Shown here piece by piece: positions 39,860-53,299 of a DNA stretch of 64,000 bases. The notes under the pieces were generated by a model. That model did no database searches, was not told where the DNA came from, and worked only from the letters and a program-made list of their open reading frames with translations. The stretch spans positions 115,196,001-115,260,000 of the forward strand of contig OX597817.1 in assembly GCA_951406725.2 (NCBI GenBank), written 5' to 3'. Both the position numbers and the translations under genes were made by a program. Positions within the stretch are counted from its first letter, which is position 1. Each line of letters opens with the position of its first letter. Origin of the DNA: Octopus vulgaris. Lineage: Eukaryota.

Positions 39860-40350
39860 GTGAGTGAAGGAGCAGCACATGACATCAACTTGAGACTGAG
39901 ATATAAATATACAATGCCAAATATACCCATCATGACTACTTGTCTGATAAGGGTACCACAGGCACATGCATGCCAACCATATGTGCACGACATGGTGATC
40001 TCATATCACGATAAACAGCATAGGTTGACAGCAGCTGGAATTTTCTTCGCTCGAGCAGCCTATCCCAATCAAAATGTCCCCGAACAAGGGTTGTTTAAAA
40101 TTGTTGAAAGAAGCACCCACGATCCTAGGGGTGAATTATTCAAACCCCAAAGAATTCCTCTTAGCACATGGCTATGATACTTCCCGGCCATTTCTGTTCG
40201 TGATCAGAAATATACGTATTGTTAGCCACGAAGGGAAACGTTCAACTGTTTATGATCAAACGATTGACAAGCAAATCTGTGATGAGCAGAATATTTGCGT
40301 TAGCCTATCTTTTAAGCCAAGAAATTATATGTACATGATAACACTTCCAT
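39860..40350 (-). mobile_element. Diverged copy of the 36754-37316 repeat
   Basis: Collinear reverse-complement similarity (GACAAGCAAATCTG, GATAAGGGTAC, ATATGTGCACGACATG). Confidence 0.8.
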
Positions 40351-40769
40351 GAGAGCATCTGCCTCAAGTCATCTGCTATATTTATATTTATCCACCGGGC
40401 GACACCGAGGCAACTGAGAAACATATTGGATATGATGTTTTTATTATGATTGTTTGATGTCACGAAGTTGTAGAACTGGAGAAAAATAAATATAATAAAA
40501 TAATGAAATAATAAAAAATGTGTGTGTATGAGTGCTCTATAGAGTTGTGAAATTTATGGTAATGATGCTTAAAGGAAAATACGCGCTGTGCACATTAGCA
40601 TTAATTTTTGTATTTGTTTTAAACAGTTTCCATGATATAATATCTATAAGTTTACCAGTTTCATTTTTTTATTATCGTAAGTGCAGCTATAACTTCAGGT
40701 ACCTTAATTGTTTCCATTTACCAGCTTTCGACAATCAACATCTTTGTATTTCTATATTTTATTCAGTTC

Positions 40770-41655
40770 TTTGACAGTGGCGTTGTTCTTTGTGAGAGCG
40801 GTCATAAGAATTAGGAGACACATTTTATCCGTATAATTTGTTTTTCTGTTATATCTGGCGATTTACATTAATTGTTCTATCGGTATTAAGTGTAAAATCC
40901 CAGAGAATGATGATATAGCCAATATAAGTGACTGACTGGTGAAAATGTCCATACCAGTTTTTTAGTTGCTTCTCCTCACCCCCATGGTGTTCACAAAATT
41001 CCAAAGGATATATTGCCCGATTTGGACGGCCTGTCTCTATCATGATTCACAGCCGTTGAAGAACATCCGGAGAAAAGGTGGTCGATCGTTTCTCCTAAAT
41101 AACCCACGCTTTGAATCTGTCCCGTACTTAATTATATTTTCCTGGTAACTATGGGTCAACAAGGAATGGTTTTGAGCTACGATGATTCGCTTTGGTTTTT
41201 ACCTTTAATCCAGCTCTTTGCAACCATTGATCATTGTCAGCATTAGCTTCATTGGTCAGTGCTAGCTATTGGCTGTGTAAGGGTTTATCTTACCAGCGTT
41301 GTTTTACTTGCTTCAAGTTCTTTTGTGTGCTTTTCTTTTCATTACTTTTCCAGCTTGGTTTGTTTGGTGACATTTCTCTGGTCTTGATGTCCATATTATC
41401 TAAACTGAGCCCGTTTTAATGTTTTTTTGTCCCTTTTGTGATAGATTATTTACACGCCATATTTTCCTGATTTTTAACCATCATCCAGTCAGTAGTATTA
41501 ACAACGTATGCTTCAAGGCCGATGGTAGTTGTCTTAAAGGTTATTTGAAATGAAATACTTCTGCGGCTTTCATTCCTAAGTAGGTATAGACGTTCAATTC
41601 AGGTATAGGAGAGCACATATTGTGAGAGATGAGGTGCTTTCTGGTTTTCACATTT
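40770..41655 (-). mobile_element. Old decayed R4/Dong-like copy
   Basis: Contains IILWDFTLNTDRTINVNR plus remnants of ERLYLP.. and KTTTIGL, with many disruptions. Confidence 0.7.
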
Positions 41656-41656
41656 A

Positions 41657-41714
<58 letters not shown>

Positions 41715-41718
<4 letters not shown>

Positions 41719-44302
41719 TAGTTTTATTTTTATAGCGTGCTTTCACTTCACTACCGAGCGCAGCTCTGTGTGCCTTGGGTATGTGCTGTGATTTGTTGTG
41801 ATGCTCTGATGGTTATTGTATGGAAAGTGCTCTGCGTAGGATGTGTGCAGTGCCTAGTAGTGCAATTTTCTGTATGATATATGTGTTTGTAAGTCCTGGT
41901 GTTTTTGTTATGTATTTGTCTGAATATTTTTTTATCATGCCTAATGCACCTACTATGATAGGAATTGTTTCTGTTTTCAGATTCCACATTCTAGTTACCT
42001 CTATTTCCAGGTCTTTGTATTTTGAGAGTTTCTCCATTTCTTTTAGAGACACGTTGTCATCTGCCGGTATTGATACATCAATTAGAAAGCATTTTTTCTC
42101 TTCATGATCTCTGACAACTATATCTGGTCTGTTGGCCTTAATTTCTCTATCTGTGTGTATCGGCATATCCCAGAGTATGGTTGCTTTCTCGTTTTCTGTA
42201 ACCTTTTCTGGTGTGTGCCTATACCATCTTTTTTCTGTTGTTATTCCATAATGTTGGCATAGCTTCCAGTGTATGTAGGTTCCAACTCTGTCATGTCTGT
42301 GAATATATTCCTTCTTAGCCAGGACTGGGCAGCTAGAGATAATATGATTTATTGTTTCTTGTCCATCTCCACATATTCTGCAGTTACTTGTAATATTTCT
42401 TTTCATTACATGTTTTTGGTAATTTCTGGTGGGGAGGCTTTGGTCTTGTGCTGCAATTAAAAATCCCTCTGTTTCTGCTTTGAGTCCTGAGCTTCTCAAC
42501 CATTGCTGGGATCTTTCTTTGTCTATTTCTTTTGCGTTTAGTTTAGTGCAGTATTTACCATGAAGGGGCTTTTCTTGCCATCGTTTTATCATGGTTCGTT
42601 GCTGTTCTATTTTTAGTTTGGATTTCATTTGTTTTATAGCTTTTGTTGTTTCTTCATCATCTTCTTCTTCTTTCTCGTGTTTATTAGGTGGTATGATTTC
42701 TTGTTTGTATTTGTCAGCTTCCTTAAATACTGAGAACAGTTTTCTGTTTTGCTCGTGTTTTGCTGCTATCTGGATCAGTTTTCCTTCCTTCTGAAGTAGG
42801 TATTTTTGCAGTCCTATGGTGGTTATTTTATAGTAGTTTTCCAGCTGTATAAGGCCTCTACCACCTTCTATACGTTGTATATATAGTCTTTCTATGTCAG
42901 ATTTTTGGTGATGCATCCTAGATCCTGTCAGTATTTTTCTTGTTTTCCTATCTATTTTGGACAGTTCATTTCGTGTCCAGTTAAGGATATTGTAGCTGTA
43001 ACTTATAACTGTGACAGCTAAAGTGTTGATACCTATTATCTTGTTTTTAGCATTGAGCTCTGTTTTTAGTATTGATCTAACTCGTCTATAATATTCTTTT
43101 TTTATTTTCTCTTTCATTTGTGTGTGTTGTGTCTTATCTAGTTCATGGATTCCTAAGTATTTGTAAGTTTGGCTTTGGTCTAATTCTTTTATTTCATTGG
43201 TTTTATCTAGTGTGATGTTGTTACTTTTAACTAGTTTTCCTCTTTTCATGGTTACTTTGGCGCATTTTTCTAATCCAAATTTCATATCTATTTCTTTGGT
43301 AAATCCATGAACTGTCTTTAATAGTGTTTCCAGCTGTTTGTCATTTGCAGCGTATAGTTTTAGGTCATCCATATATAAAAGGTGGTTGATCGTTTTGCCG
43401 TAACATTTATATCCGCATCCAGTTCTATTTAGCATATCAGATAGAGGTGACAGTGCCAAGCAGAAAAGGAGTGGAGAGAGCGTGTCTCCCTGGAATATTC
43501 CTCTTCTGATGGGGATGTCTTTGGTTTTCATGAGTCCCTCTTTTGTTTGGAGATGTAGGACTGTTTGCCATTTATTCATAGAGTGCTCTATGAATTTTAT
43601 GATTGTTGGTGCTACTTTGTTAATGGCTAGTGTTTCAAGGATCCATGTGTGGGGGATGCTATCAAACGCCTTTTTGTAGTCAATCCAGACCATACTGAGG
43701 CCTTTCTTCTTTCTGTGGCTGTCTTCAGTTACGGCTTTATTAATCATTAGTTGATCTTTACAGCCATATGAGCCTTTGCGGCATCCTTTCTGCTCTTCTG
43801 GGAACAGTTTGTTTTCGTCCAGGTGCTTGTTCAGCCTTTGCGATATCACTGCAGTAAATGCCTTGAACATAGTAGGGAGGCAGGTTATTGGTCTGTAGTT
43901 TTCTGGTTTTGCTGTTTCATTTGATTTGGGAATTAAGATGGTTTTCCCTTCGTGAGCCATTCAGGCATTGTCTCTGGCTCTGCTAGTATGCTGTTAAAGT
44001 TTTCAGCCAGCTTTTTGTGCATTCCTGTTAGATATTTCAACCAGAAGTTGGGGATCTTGTCATGCCCAGGTGCCTTCCAGTTGCTTAGTTTTGCAGTGCC
44101 TGGGTGACCTCTTCAGTTGTTATGGGGGTCCAAAGTTGTTCAGATGCCGAGTTTGTTATTTTGATACTCCTTTTTTTTGGCTGTTCGTTCGCCGACCATA
44201 TTTCTCTCCAGAATTCTTCCAATTCTTCTGCCGTTGGTGCTGCAGTGACTTCTATTTTATTTTTTCCCAGATCTTGGTAGAACTTTTTGGGGTTGGTGTT
44301 GA
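41715..44302 (-). mobile_element. R4/Dong-like RLE non-LTR retrotransposon, 5'-truncated, bounded by (AAT)n
   Basis: Contains the 715-aa ORF plus frameshifted upstream coding pieces (NPKKFYQDLG.., SNWKAPGHDKIPNFWLK). The 3' UTR is 41715-41812, and TAT repeats lie on both sides. Confidence 0.95.
41813..43960 (-). CDS. Reverse transcriptase + CCHC zinc finger + restriction-like endonuclease (retrotransposon ORF, N-terminally frameshifted)
   Basis: NYRPITCL, WIDYKKAFDS, GIFQGDTLSP, HLLYMDDLK, YKYLG, CRICGDGQETINHIISSC, RHD, RPDIVV..IDVSIP..KLSKY. Confidence 0.92.
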   Translation of the reverse strand: MAHEGKTILIPKSNETAKPENYRPITCLPTMFKAFTAVISQRLNKHLDENKLFPEEQKGCRKGSYGCKDQLMINKAVTEDSHRKKKGLSMVWIDYKKAFDSIPHTWILETLAINKVAPTIIKFIEHSMNKWQTVLHLQTKEGLMKTKDIPIRRGIFQGDTLSPLLFCLALSPLSDMLNRTGCGYKCYGKTINHLLYMDDLKLYAANDKQLETLLKTVHGFTKEIDMKFGLEKCAKVTMKRGKLVKSNNITLDKTNEIKELDQSQTYKYLGIHELDKTQHTQMKEKIKKEYYRRVRSILKTELNAKNKIIGINTLAVTVISYSYNILNWTRNELSKIDRKTRKILTGSRMHHQKSDIERLYIQRIEGGRGLIQLENYYKITTIGLQKYLLQKEGKLIQIAAKHEQNRKLFSVFKEADKYKQEIIPPNKHEKEEEDDEETTKAIKQMKSKLKIEQQRTMIKRWQEKPLHGKYCTKLNAKEIDKERSQQWLRSSGLKAETEGFLIAAQDQSLPTRNYQKHVMKRNITSNCRICGDGQETINHIISSCPVLAKKEYIHRHDRVGTYIHWKLCQHYGITTEKRWYRHTPEKVTENEKATILWDMPIHTDREIKANRPDIVVRDHEEKKCFLIDVSIPADDNVSLKEMEKLSKYKDLEIEVTRMWNLKTETIPIIVGALGMIKKYSDKYITKTPGLTNTYIIQKIALLGTAHILRRALSIQ

Positions 44303-44303
44303 T

Positions 44304-44446
<143 letters not shown>

Positions 44447-44699
44447 CATTATTACTGTGGATTTGTAGAGAGTGTCGTTCGGAGAAAAGCATTGCCGCTG
44501 CTTATTTCGAATATGTTTAAAAAAATTCCCCGATGTTCATCCTTTAGCTTGTCATTCTTTCAATTTCGATGAAATATAGTACTACTCCGATAATGGTTTT
44601 ATTTAATCCGCAAACACCTCACCATAGAAACATTTCTGCCATTCTTTATATGCATGAAACACTTGTCATTCTTGTTACTGTTGTTCTTTCTCTCTACAC

Positions 44700-45450
44700 A
44701 CAATTGCGTTGAACAAAGCTCTGGTCGCAACTTTGATAAAATGAAATCATTCTGTTCACAAGCTATGAGCATCAGAAGCTAACGAAGATGTAACACATCA
44801 AATATTCGAAGCGACTTCTCAAACAGAATGACAGCGATATTCAAACTTATAACTTCCATGCCGTCGCCTTTCTGTGATGGAAAAATGAAAATGGAGACTG
44901 GTGACAAAGAAAAAGGAAATGAAAACAAAAGAAAGACATTATATTAACAGTTGATCGGATGAGTTAAATATAGACATGTAGCTGATTCATGAAAACTACA
45001 GATCTCTTCCGGGATTGTGCCAATAAATAAGCAGAAATTAAAGCAATTAAGTTGATAGTTTCAAGCAGAGAGCAATGTTGCTATACGTGTGATCTGTAAA
45101 GGGAAATGATAAAGTGAACAAAAACGGAAGCGATGAACATCAGAGAACTGAATACCAAGAACTGACCCCTTAAAAGTATTTAACTGTTGAGGACTAGGAA
45201 ACCGCGTTGCTCACTTTGCAATAGTATCAGTGTTGCCTTGCAGTGAATAGGAAGAAAGATGAAAAATTTAGAAAAGTAGCAAGTTGTCTATATACATAGC
45301 AAGACAAAGCGGGAAGAATATAAAGTGCAGATAGAAACACGAAAGATCCAAGAACAACATCCTGCGATTCTGAAGTAATTCACGAGTGTCATAGTTCATT
45401 GCGTTGTCACTAAGATCTTCTTGATAATACTGACCAAGACTAGTTTGTCG
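44700..45450 (+). mobile_element. Possible heavily decayed RTE fragment
   Basis: Remnants RSLPG(A)DC near 45000 and KIFLIIL near 45415 resemble RTE endonuclease and pre-RT motifs. Confidence 0.3.
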
Positions 45451-46879
45451 TTGCCAAAATTTTGGGAGTGATTTTAAGATAATTTAGGGAGCTGAATGAG
45501 AATAGTTTTCCTAGATTTGCTCGAGCTTTTGACTAGAGAATTTACCGTACTTAGCATTCAGCGTCTCTATTTTCTGACATAAAATTGTTGCTGAATTAAT
45601 TCTTAGATATTAGGTCATCTAATTTATCTAATGTTAAATATTGAAATTAAAAAAACTTTTATTTTCTCCGCAAAGCATCAGCACATATTGACATGAAATG
45701 CACAAAAATGTGTAGCACATTAGACCACTGAAAATTATGGAGAAATAAACACAAAATACTTGATCTTATGCAATAATATTGTCTAATAAGGTATATTAAA
45801 TATGACAATCAATCCTTTAAAAAATTTTGTTTGTGTGATTCTCATTTGTGTGGTTTCTCACGACACTTATGCAGAAGGGTCGTGCAGTAGTCTGACAGGT
45901 TTCTGCCCCATCTGACTTGATACCTTTTCTTCTTCACACTCGCACACTTCAGCTCATTTTTAAGGTCATATTATAAACGCTAAACACTGCAAGTTAATAA
46001 CATACTCAATTCGATACTCCTAACGTCAACCTAGTTATAGTATTGAGTTATCTTTAGATTAACTAAATTAAACAATGTCCAAGTAAGTTATTTATAAAGC
46101 ATATCAGGAACAGGATACGAACAGTCACCACTTTATGTGTTTTTTTCCTGAAAAAGAAAAGGATTTTGCTCAGTATTTCTTGGAACATTAAGTGACCTCG
46201 TCAAGGTCCTTTGTTGTTAGCTAAAGAACTGATGTACTTGAAAGACTATAACGTAATACGTTATTCTTATAATGGTGAATTGATTATGTTCGACAGTAAG
46301 AACTGGCTTTTCGTTTTTCCTTTACTGGTGCCAGTCATGATAATACGAATATGTTGGGATAGCATATAACTCCATACAGCAATATTTAGACTTGCTCTGA
46401 GTCATTAGACAGCACATATCTAGAAGTATAATGAAGTGGTATAATACACTTATAAATATATGTTAATATAGTCAGTGAGAGATGTTTCCTGCGAGTGTAA
46501 GGCATACTGGAAATAACAGCCAAATGTTACTGAAGTCATATATAACGTCTTAAAAAAGATACATTAGATAATGCAGTCTTATATACCACTAAAACAGTAG
46601 GACGAAACCTTTTTAACCTGCACCACACCTTCAAGCAGATGAAAATATCGCAGAACTCTCAATAGAAACATTTTAGATTACCTATAAAGTGGACTAATTT
46701 AAATGTAATTATTAAATAAAACTATAGATTGTCAGAAAACAGTTATGAATATAGTTTATTGTAGCATCCAATAATACAGACTGATTAATGGAAAACCTGT
46801 GCCAGATATTTTTTTTTTGCTTTTGTTTCAACGTTTAAACGTATATATGCTATGCACAACCTCATTTCTTCAATGCAGC

Positions 46880-48981
46880 AGAATATTTCTTGCTTCGTAT
46901 TTTTATTGTAATTTATGGCTGAAAATCCTTATTGACACAAACAAGTAGAAAATTGTAACAAAGCTGATAAGGCTATGTTACTTTGGGATATTCCTTTCAA
47001 AGTGAATTCCAAAATGTATTAATGGGTATCTCCGAGTGGTATGTTTTAATCCAGCCATCACTGAAAATGGTTACCACGTCCTCGTCATCAGATATTTGAA
47101 GCCCAGTATAAGATCGATTATTTGTGAAGGTATAATTTAAAATCCAGCAGTGCTTATCAGTTTCAATGACGGAAAATAGCAGCCATTTTTTTTCTTCCAG
47201 CTTTATCAGAGGATTAAATATAAGAGGGATCATTTCCTTAAAGCTGTTCATACGCATTGAGGCAAACATATCAAACTTACCCTATCTTATTCGGCTTTTC
47301 CAAATTATATTTTCTTTTGAAAGCAACCAACTTATCTGTATAAGTGAGAATATATTCGGTTTTCCCTTACACATTACTGTTAGCAAGAAATATTCACGTT
47401 AAACTATACTAACTTAAACCTACACTGTTCACATTTGCTGAATCTTTCATACACATCTTTATCAAAAAATGTTTTTAATGCTTTTTGAAGTTCATAAATG
47501 TGAGCTGGTATTTTGCTTTTACAAAGCCGTGCAAGACTAAGCTAAAGTGTTGAGAGTCCAATTTTTCACACGGTTGTGCAAATATTCTTGACTTCAAAAG
47601 TCTTCTTTTAATATTATTGATGATTTCAACGACTTGGATTAACATTTTCTCCAACGTTTGTGCTATTTTTGAAACTAGGACTTCTCTCTAAAATAATGAC
47701 TACAAACAGGTTTTGAATTTTCTTTTTTCACGGGGAATTCAAAACCTTTAATAGAGTACATGGTACGTCGTTGGCAGAAATAAAAACACGTTATTCTCAA
47801 GTAAAATTCCCTTTATAAAAGTTACCGAGTTAAAATATCAAAAGCATCTTGACCGCTTGTACTCGTTGGTATTTCTTTTACAACATAAAAACTAATATAT
47901 TATTTCATCTTCAATAAAACAAATATATGCATGTAATTAAGTACTGATACTGAAATGTGTAGATTCATCAAGAATAAATTCAAATTGAGATTTCTGAAGA
48001 GTTCTCTGGACATTTTTCAATATCTTCAGATAAATTGAAAATTCTCGTAATATTATATCATTTCCAAGTGGAATTTTGTTAATATCTGCAACTTTTTCTT
48101 CCCCCATTGTTTTAACCATCGTTTTACAAACTCACAGTATGTTGTACTCAGTTAGGATGTGAAACCTGGAAGTTATTGTTATTATTTCAGGTATTGCTGT
48201 TAAAATAATTTGAGCCTTTTCAGAGAAAGATATTATATTCACAGATATACTATTCGATCGTTATTCTACATCTCTATCCTGTAAATGCAAATGCGATGTA
48301 CTAAAACGTCTTTTTAAAATTTACTTGGTACCATAGATTTATAGGACATTTTTCACCACAAACTATACATAGTGGACTTAGTTAATGAGTGTTTCCAGTT
48401 CAGAAACATCCGCACTTTAAATAGTCATTACATTATTGCCTATTATGACGAACTTTCGTTGTTTTGCACTGAAATTTGTTTTGTTTTCAGTTCTAGATTT
48501 ACACTCATCATTACCATTTTTTTTCTCTGTGTAAATTTATCCATTGTAGATAGGCAACTCAGAAATCTTGTTTTCATAGAAACATACTGAATGGCTACAA
48601 TAATTGTTTACCCATTTTCTTCATTACTACACATGAAATAAGATTTAGCTAATGCTTTTATAAAATAACCATTTGCAAGTACGCGGACTACATTTAATCT
48701 GAACCAAACAAAATGCATGCACTGACGGTATACATCAGATCAAAATCACAACTAATAAAAAGTGAAAACAATTATTGTTCTTATTTAATATAAAGGTCAA
48801 AATTTATCAAAATTTGCCCAACCTGCAGATGCCTTAACTCATCCGTCTGCTACTTTGTTACTGTGATCTAAACCCAAATTTTTTTAACCCTTCTTCCAGT
48901 ATTTACGTAATTTTTCCTGTGTGGCATGAAATTGTTTCATGACTTAGAAGCATATTGCAGTAAACGTTTTGAGAAATACTG
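46880..48981 (-). mobile_element. Decayed hAT transposon (Buster/Charlie-like)
   Basis: MVKTMGEEKVADINKIPLGND...FILDEST matches the Buster-type KIPLSNNTI..LDESTD. A BED-finger remnant SMVPSK.KR lies near 48330, and the terminus CAGTATTTCTCAA is at 48981. The left boundary is uncertain. Confidence 0.75.
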
Positions 48982-50551
48982 CCCTAAACATAAAATGGCC
49001 ATAACTGGAATGTCTTTGATCATAGATATAGTAGATTCCGTTGACGGGGATTGAACTGAGGGTTAAATAGCTTCGAAAATATGTTAGAATAAATTAAAGT
49101 GTTGCCATCCGCATTATTAAACGAGGTACGTTTATACTAACTTACTTATATATACGCAGTTGCGTACTGCTCCAAATTTAGGATGTTGCTGTTGATATAC
49201 AGAGACAGATATCATAAACCGCATCCTTCGAAAGACTAGTTGACAGTAATTTGCTTACTAACAAATTGCAAGTTCTACCCACAAATGTATTCTTCTTCCT
49301 CTGCGTTTCCTACTAAAATTACATAGGCCACTGCTTTTCAGAGCTATCTTGATTCAATTCTCTTCTACTCGAGCACTCGTGGCTCAGTTGTCCCCTTTTC
49401 TCTTGTCAAACATATTGTGTTAAATGTACATTCCACAGTTACCAGTACGTACTTTCTCCTTCATTCCCAGATTGTCGCATCAGGTATTCGCATACGACGC
49501 AAAATCCAGAATTTTTTTCTTGTAGCTCTCATATTCCATATATCCCAGTGGAATATTATCGTCATGAACTTCACATGCGAAGATCATGACCTCAGCTCCT
49601 CCCGCAGACCTAGCTAATTAAGAAAATAACATTATTCTCGCGCACATGACGTTTCTTTATAATATATTCTCTAACTGATTTTAATTAACTACACAAAGTG
49701 GTGCATATACTTCTATATTTACGTAGTATCTCTCTCATCACTACTTCATTATGTACTATAAAAGTTATACATCTCCAAGAGAGTATGTGTCGAAAGTTAT
49801 CTGGAGCTAATTCCCCCAGTTGCAAAATATTTAAAATATTATTAGACAAATAATATTTTTGTCATTGCATAACTGCATAATTATTTATGGTTTGCTTTAT
49901 TTTAATGATACCCACCCTGCCCGATTTAAATATGGTAGCACCGAAGTCAGTACGCTAAGAATATAACTATATAGTGATTCTCGTATACTAGGATATCGTG
50001 TTGCTGCATGGATCCTATTGGAAGGGAAACTGGAGCAACTGCAATAAGTATGTGTTACGACGCTGGTGCTTTTTGAAATCTTTTCTTTTTTTTATCAACT
50101 CGCAGAAACTGATTTTCGGCCAACACTTTCTGATAAAGGGTGTAAGAATTTGGCATAAGTGTATTCTAAGAAACATGGAATTTCAGAACTAAATAAGACT
50201 GGAAGTTCTAACTTGAACGTTCAGCATAACACATAAATCATTAACTTTAGAGTAAATGGTAAATTTCACTTCAAAATTAGATACATTAATTAGATTAACA
50301 CATTCAGTCCTAAAAGTGAATGTTTAATAGCGAGTTGCATGTTCATATATATCATTGAAAGCTAAATTGTGCTGAGTTAACGTCGCTCGACGTAACTATT
50401 AGAAATAACAATTAGATCTTTCTCGATACATTAGATATTATCTTAAAAAGATATGTTCATGACTGGAAAATTAGTAGTCATGGATCTACTGGATCAGAAC
50501 CGGCCTGTGCTCAACAACAACTTGGTCTTCTGTTTTCAACTGAAATGAGTG

Positions 50552-51330
50552 TTTATCTTTTATCTTACACTTGTTTCAGTCACAAGAATGCAGCCCCGCT
50601 GGGGGCCACCTTGAAGGACTTTTAGTCGAATGTATCGTCCCCAGGATTTTTTTAAAAACCTTGCAGGTATTATATTATTCTCTTTTATCGAACTGCTAAT
50701 TTACGCGGACGTACACCACCAGCACCAGTTCTAAAGCGGTGGTGGAGGAAAACACAGACACAAAGACACACGCACGCTAACGCACTCACATATCCCTTCG
50801 CTTCTTTCTTCTCACTTTGCTCCTTTGCACCACATGAGCTCAACTCCCCTCCTATCTTCATCTGAGACCATTTATATTCAATATATATTACTAGCAAGGG
50901 AGCGGACCCTGGCTATCGCTCTGGGGACCAGGTACTCGCGATTGAGGATGAGCCAAGGAGCTCGAAACTGAATCAGTCTCCCGATCTTGCTGTCTGCTCG
51001 AGGACGGCAGGGGTTCGCTCCCCTAGCTAGCAATATATATTGTATATGAAGGATGTAGTGTCGCACCGATAACCAGCTGCTGTAAGATCTACCTGGGTTT
51101 ACACTAGTAGTAACATGGAACAGTCACTTTGACGTGGTGATTGACTGTACTTATGTATATAATTATAGGATGGGCTTTTTTCAGTATCCGTCTACCAAAC
51201 CCACTCACAAGGCTTTGGTTGGCCCAAGGCTATAGTGGAATACACTTTCCCTAGGTGATGCACCGTGGTAGCAAACACCGAGCCATGGGGTTTGGAAGCA
51301 AGCTTCTTACCCCAAAGCCACGCCTGCGCA
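50552..51330 (-). mobile_element. SINE family B split by a ~375-bp insertion
   Basis: The 3' half is at 50552-50790 and the 5' half at 51168-51330. Unrelated sequence sits where the internal (TA)n normally is. Confidence 0.8.
50936..50984 (+). ncRNA. Type I hammerhead-ribozyme-like motif within an inverted-repeat-flanked unit (50881-51040)
   Basis: TCGCGA-TTGAGGA-T-GAGC(caagga)GCTC-GAAACTGA(a)TCAGTC-TCCCGA. Stems II and III are perfect, the cleavage triplet is GUC, stem I pairs 5/6, and position 3 is U instead of C. Confidence 0.7.
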
Positions 51331-51600
51331 AATAATTTTTACTTGTTTTCTTTTAATAATGTGAATCAGTTTCAAACTGTAACGATTATGACACGCCTGT
51401 GGCTAAATTCATTAGTCTTTGGCCTTTTTACTTCATCATTACAAATGATTAACTTCGTAATTATTACATCTGCACGAAGTTTAGACCAGTTTAATTGTCA
51501 GTCGTCGTCAAGTGTTTTATTTCTCCCGTGAATATATATTAACAGAATGAATTCGAATGTGTCTCTACATGTGTGTACGAGCTGATGCTTTAGAGTAATA

Positions 51601-51815
51601 TTGATTTCAAACTTTGGAACAAGGCTAGTAATTTCGCAAAAGCGGGTAAATCGAGTACATCGACCCCAGTCCTCAAATGCTGCTTATTTTATCAACCCCG
51701 AAATGATTAAAGGCAACATCGACATTAGCGGAAGTGGAACTCAGAAAGTAAGGACGGACGAAATGCCGCTAAGTATTTTACCCTGCGCGGTAACGATTCA
51801 ATTGGCTTGACGCCT
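51601..51815 (-). mobile_element. SINE family A
   Basis: Reverse-complement match including GGACGAAATGCCGCTAAGTATTT..TAACGATTC. Confidence 0.85.
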
Positions 51816-53299
51816 TATGCTTTCGTTTAGAAAACAAAAATTCATTACTTCAATTCAAGCCGCGGAATATCTGCACCTCTAGAAATAAGCCACGGGATAA
51901 CAATCATATTTCAAACCAATTAAAATATATCCAAACTGAGTGAGTGGAGCAGGTAAAATCCAGACTACTTACATTTCCTAACTTGCAGATCATCTGATGT
52001 AAGGTACTCAGCTAGCTGTTCGTCAAGCCAAAGTTACCTTACTTATATGAAGGTTACATTCGAGTTTTATTCGCATTCATATTAACTAGAGTTGCTAAGC
52101 GTGAGCTATACACATCTTTTTCAGCTTATCGAACGTCTACATGGGAAAAGCCTTCAATCTTAGACACTAATAAATTATTATTATACCTGAACGTTGTTCT
52201 TTATATATACCACGGACTACTCCAAGTTTACAAATTTTCTTTACTTAGATCCTCATATTTTTATAATTACATATCGATATCGTTAAAGCTGAGTTTGATA
52301 ATCCGAAAAATTATACAATTCCACTCGGAAATTCTTTCAAATCCATATAAGATTTATGTACAAATGTTTACTTTCATAATATAACTACTAAAATCAGGAT
52401 GTGTTCTGATTATAATTTGCAAGCATTTCGATTTCTTTTCTGTTGAGTATGGAACAATATTTTCGCTTTTTTTTTCATTATATTTTATTTTTTACTGATC
52501 TCTATCAAATGGCATTTTTTTAATATTTGTTCGCCAACTAATTTAGAGTAAAAGATATTACGATTACTTTGTTTTCGTGATCAAATGATTTCCACAAACA
52601 AGAATTATCTTGTTTCACAGTCAAGTTATTTATTTCAAAACATTGAGGTAGATTACTTTTGCCAGTCAACTTACTTCTTTCAGGAAACATGACTTCCTGT
52701 CTAAGTAAGATATTTTATAGAATTTAGTCTGAGTTTCGTCCATTTATTACATGATTAAATTAGTATAACATATGCCTCTTTGTACAATGAAAACCATAGC
52801 AACGGCGTTGATTTTACTGTTATTCTTCACTACGAAACAAATGATACGGAAATACTATCCAGGAAAATTTCATTGGAATAGCAATAATGATAATATTTTC
52901 TAATTATCCTAGGTAATAAGTAATATAAAAGTGCAATTATATTTACAATATATTCACTTATATTTACAAATATTTTCTTATAGATTACTAATAACTACAT
53001 ATACAAAACATTGAAAGCTGTGCCACATAAATGATGTCCATTTGTAATGTTATCTTGGCAATATAATTTCGAAATCTTGTCTAATGACAATAAAATAAAT
53101 AGTCTAGATTGTACTATGTCGTCTACTTTCACACTGCACGCACGCGCACACAAACACACACACGCGCACACACGCACGCACATATACGTGCATATATATA
53201 TAGAGAGAGTTGGGTCGAGATAAGTGAGTGTGTTTGTGTGGTGGGCGCAGCATTTATTCCAGTAGGCCTTGCAACCCTTTTGCTTACAAACTACTGCCG

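Noticed and set aside
39340-39993. Poly-F/K/E/D ORFs
   Set aside because: (TTC)n-(ATC)n microsatellite
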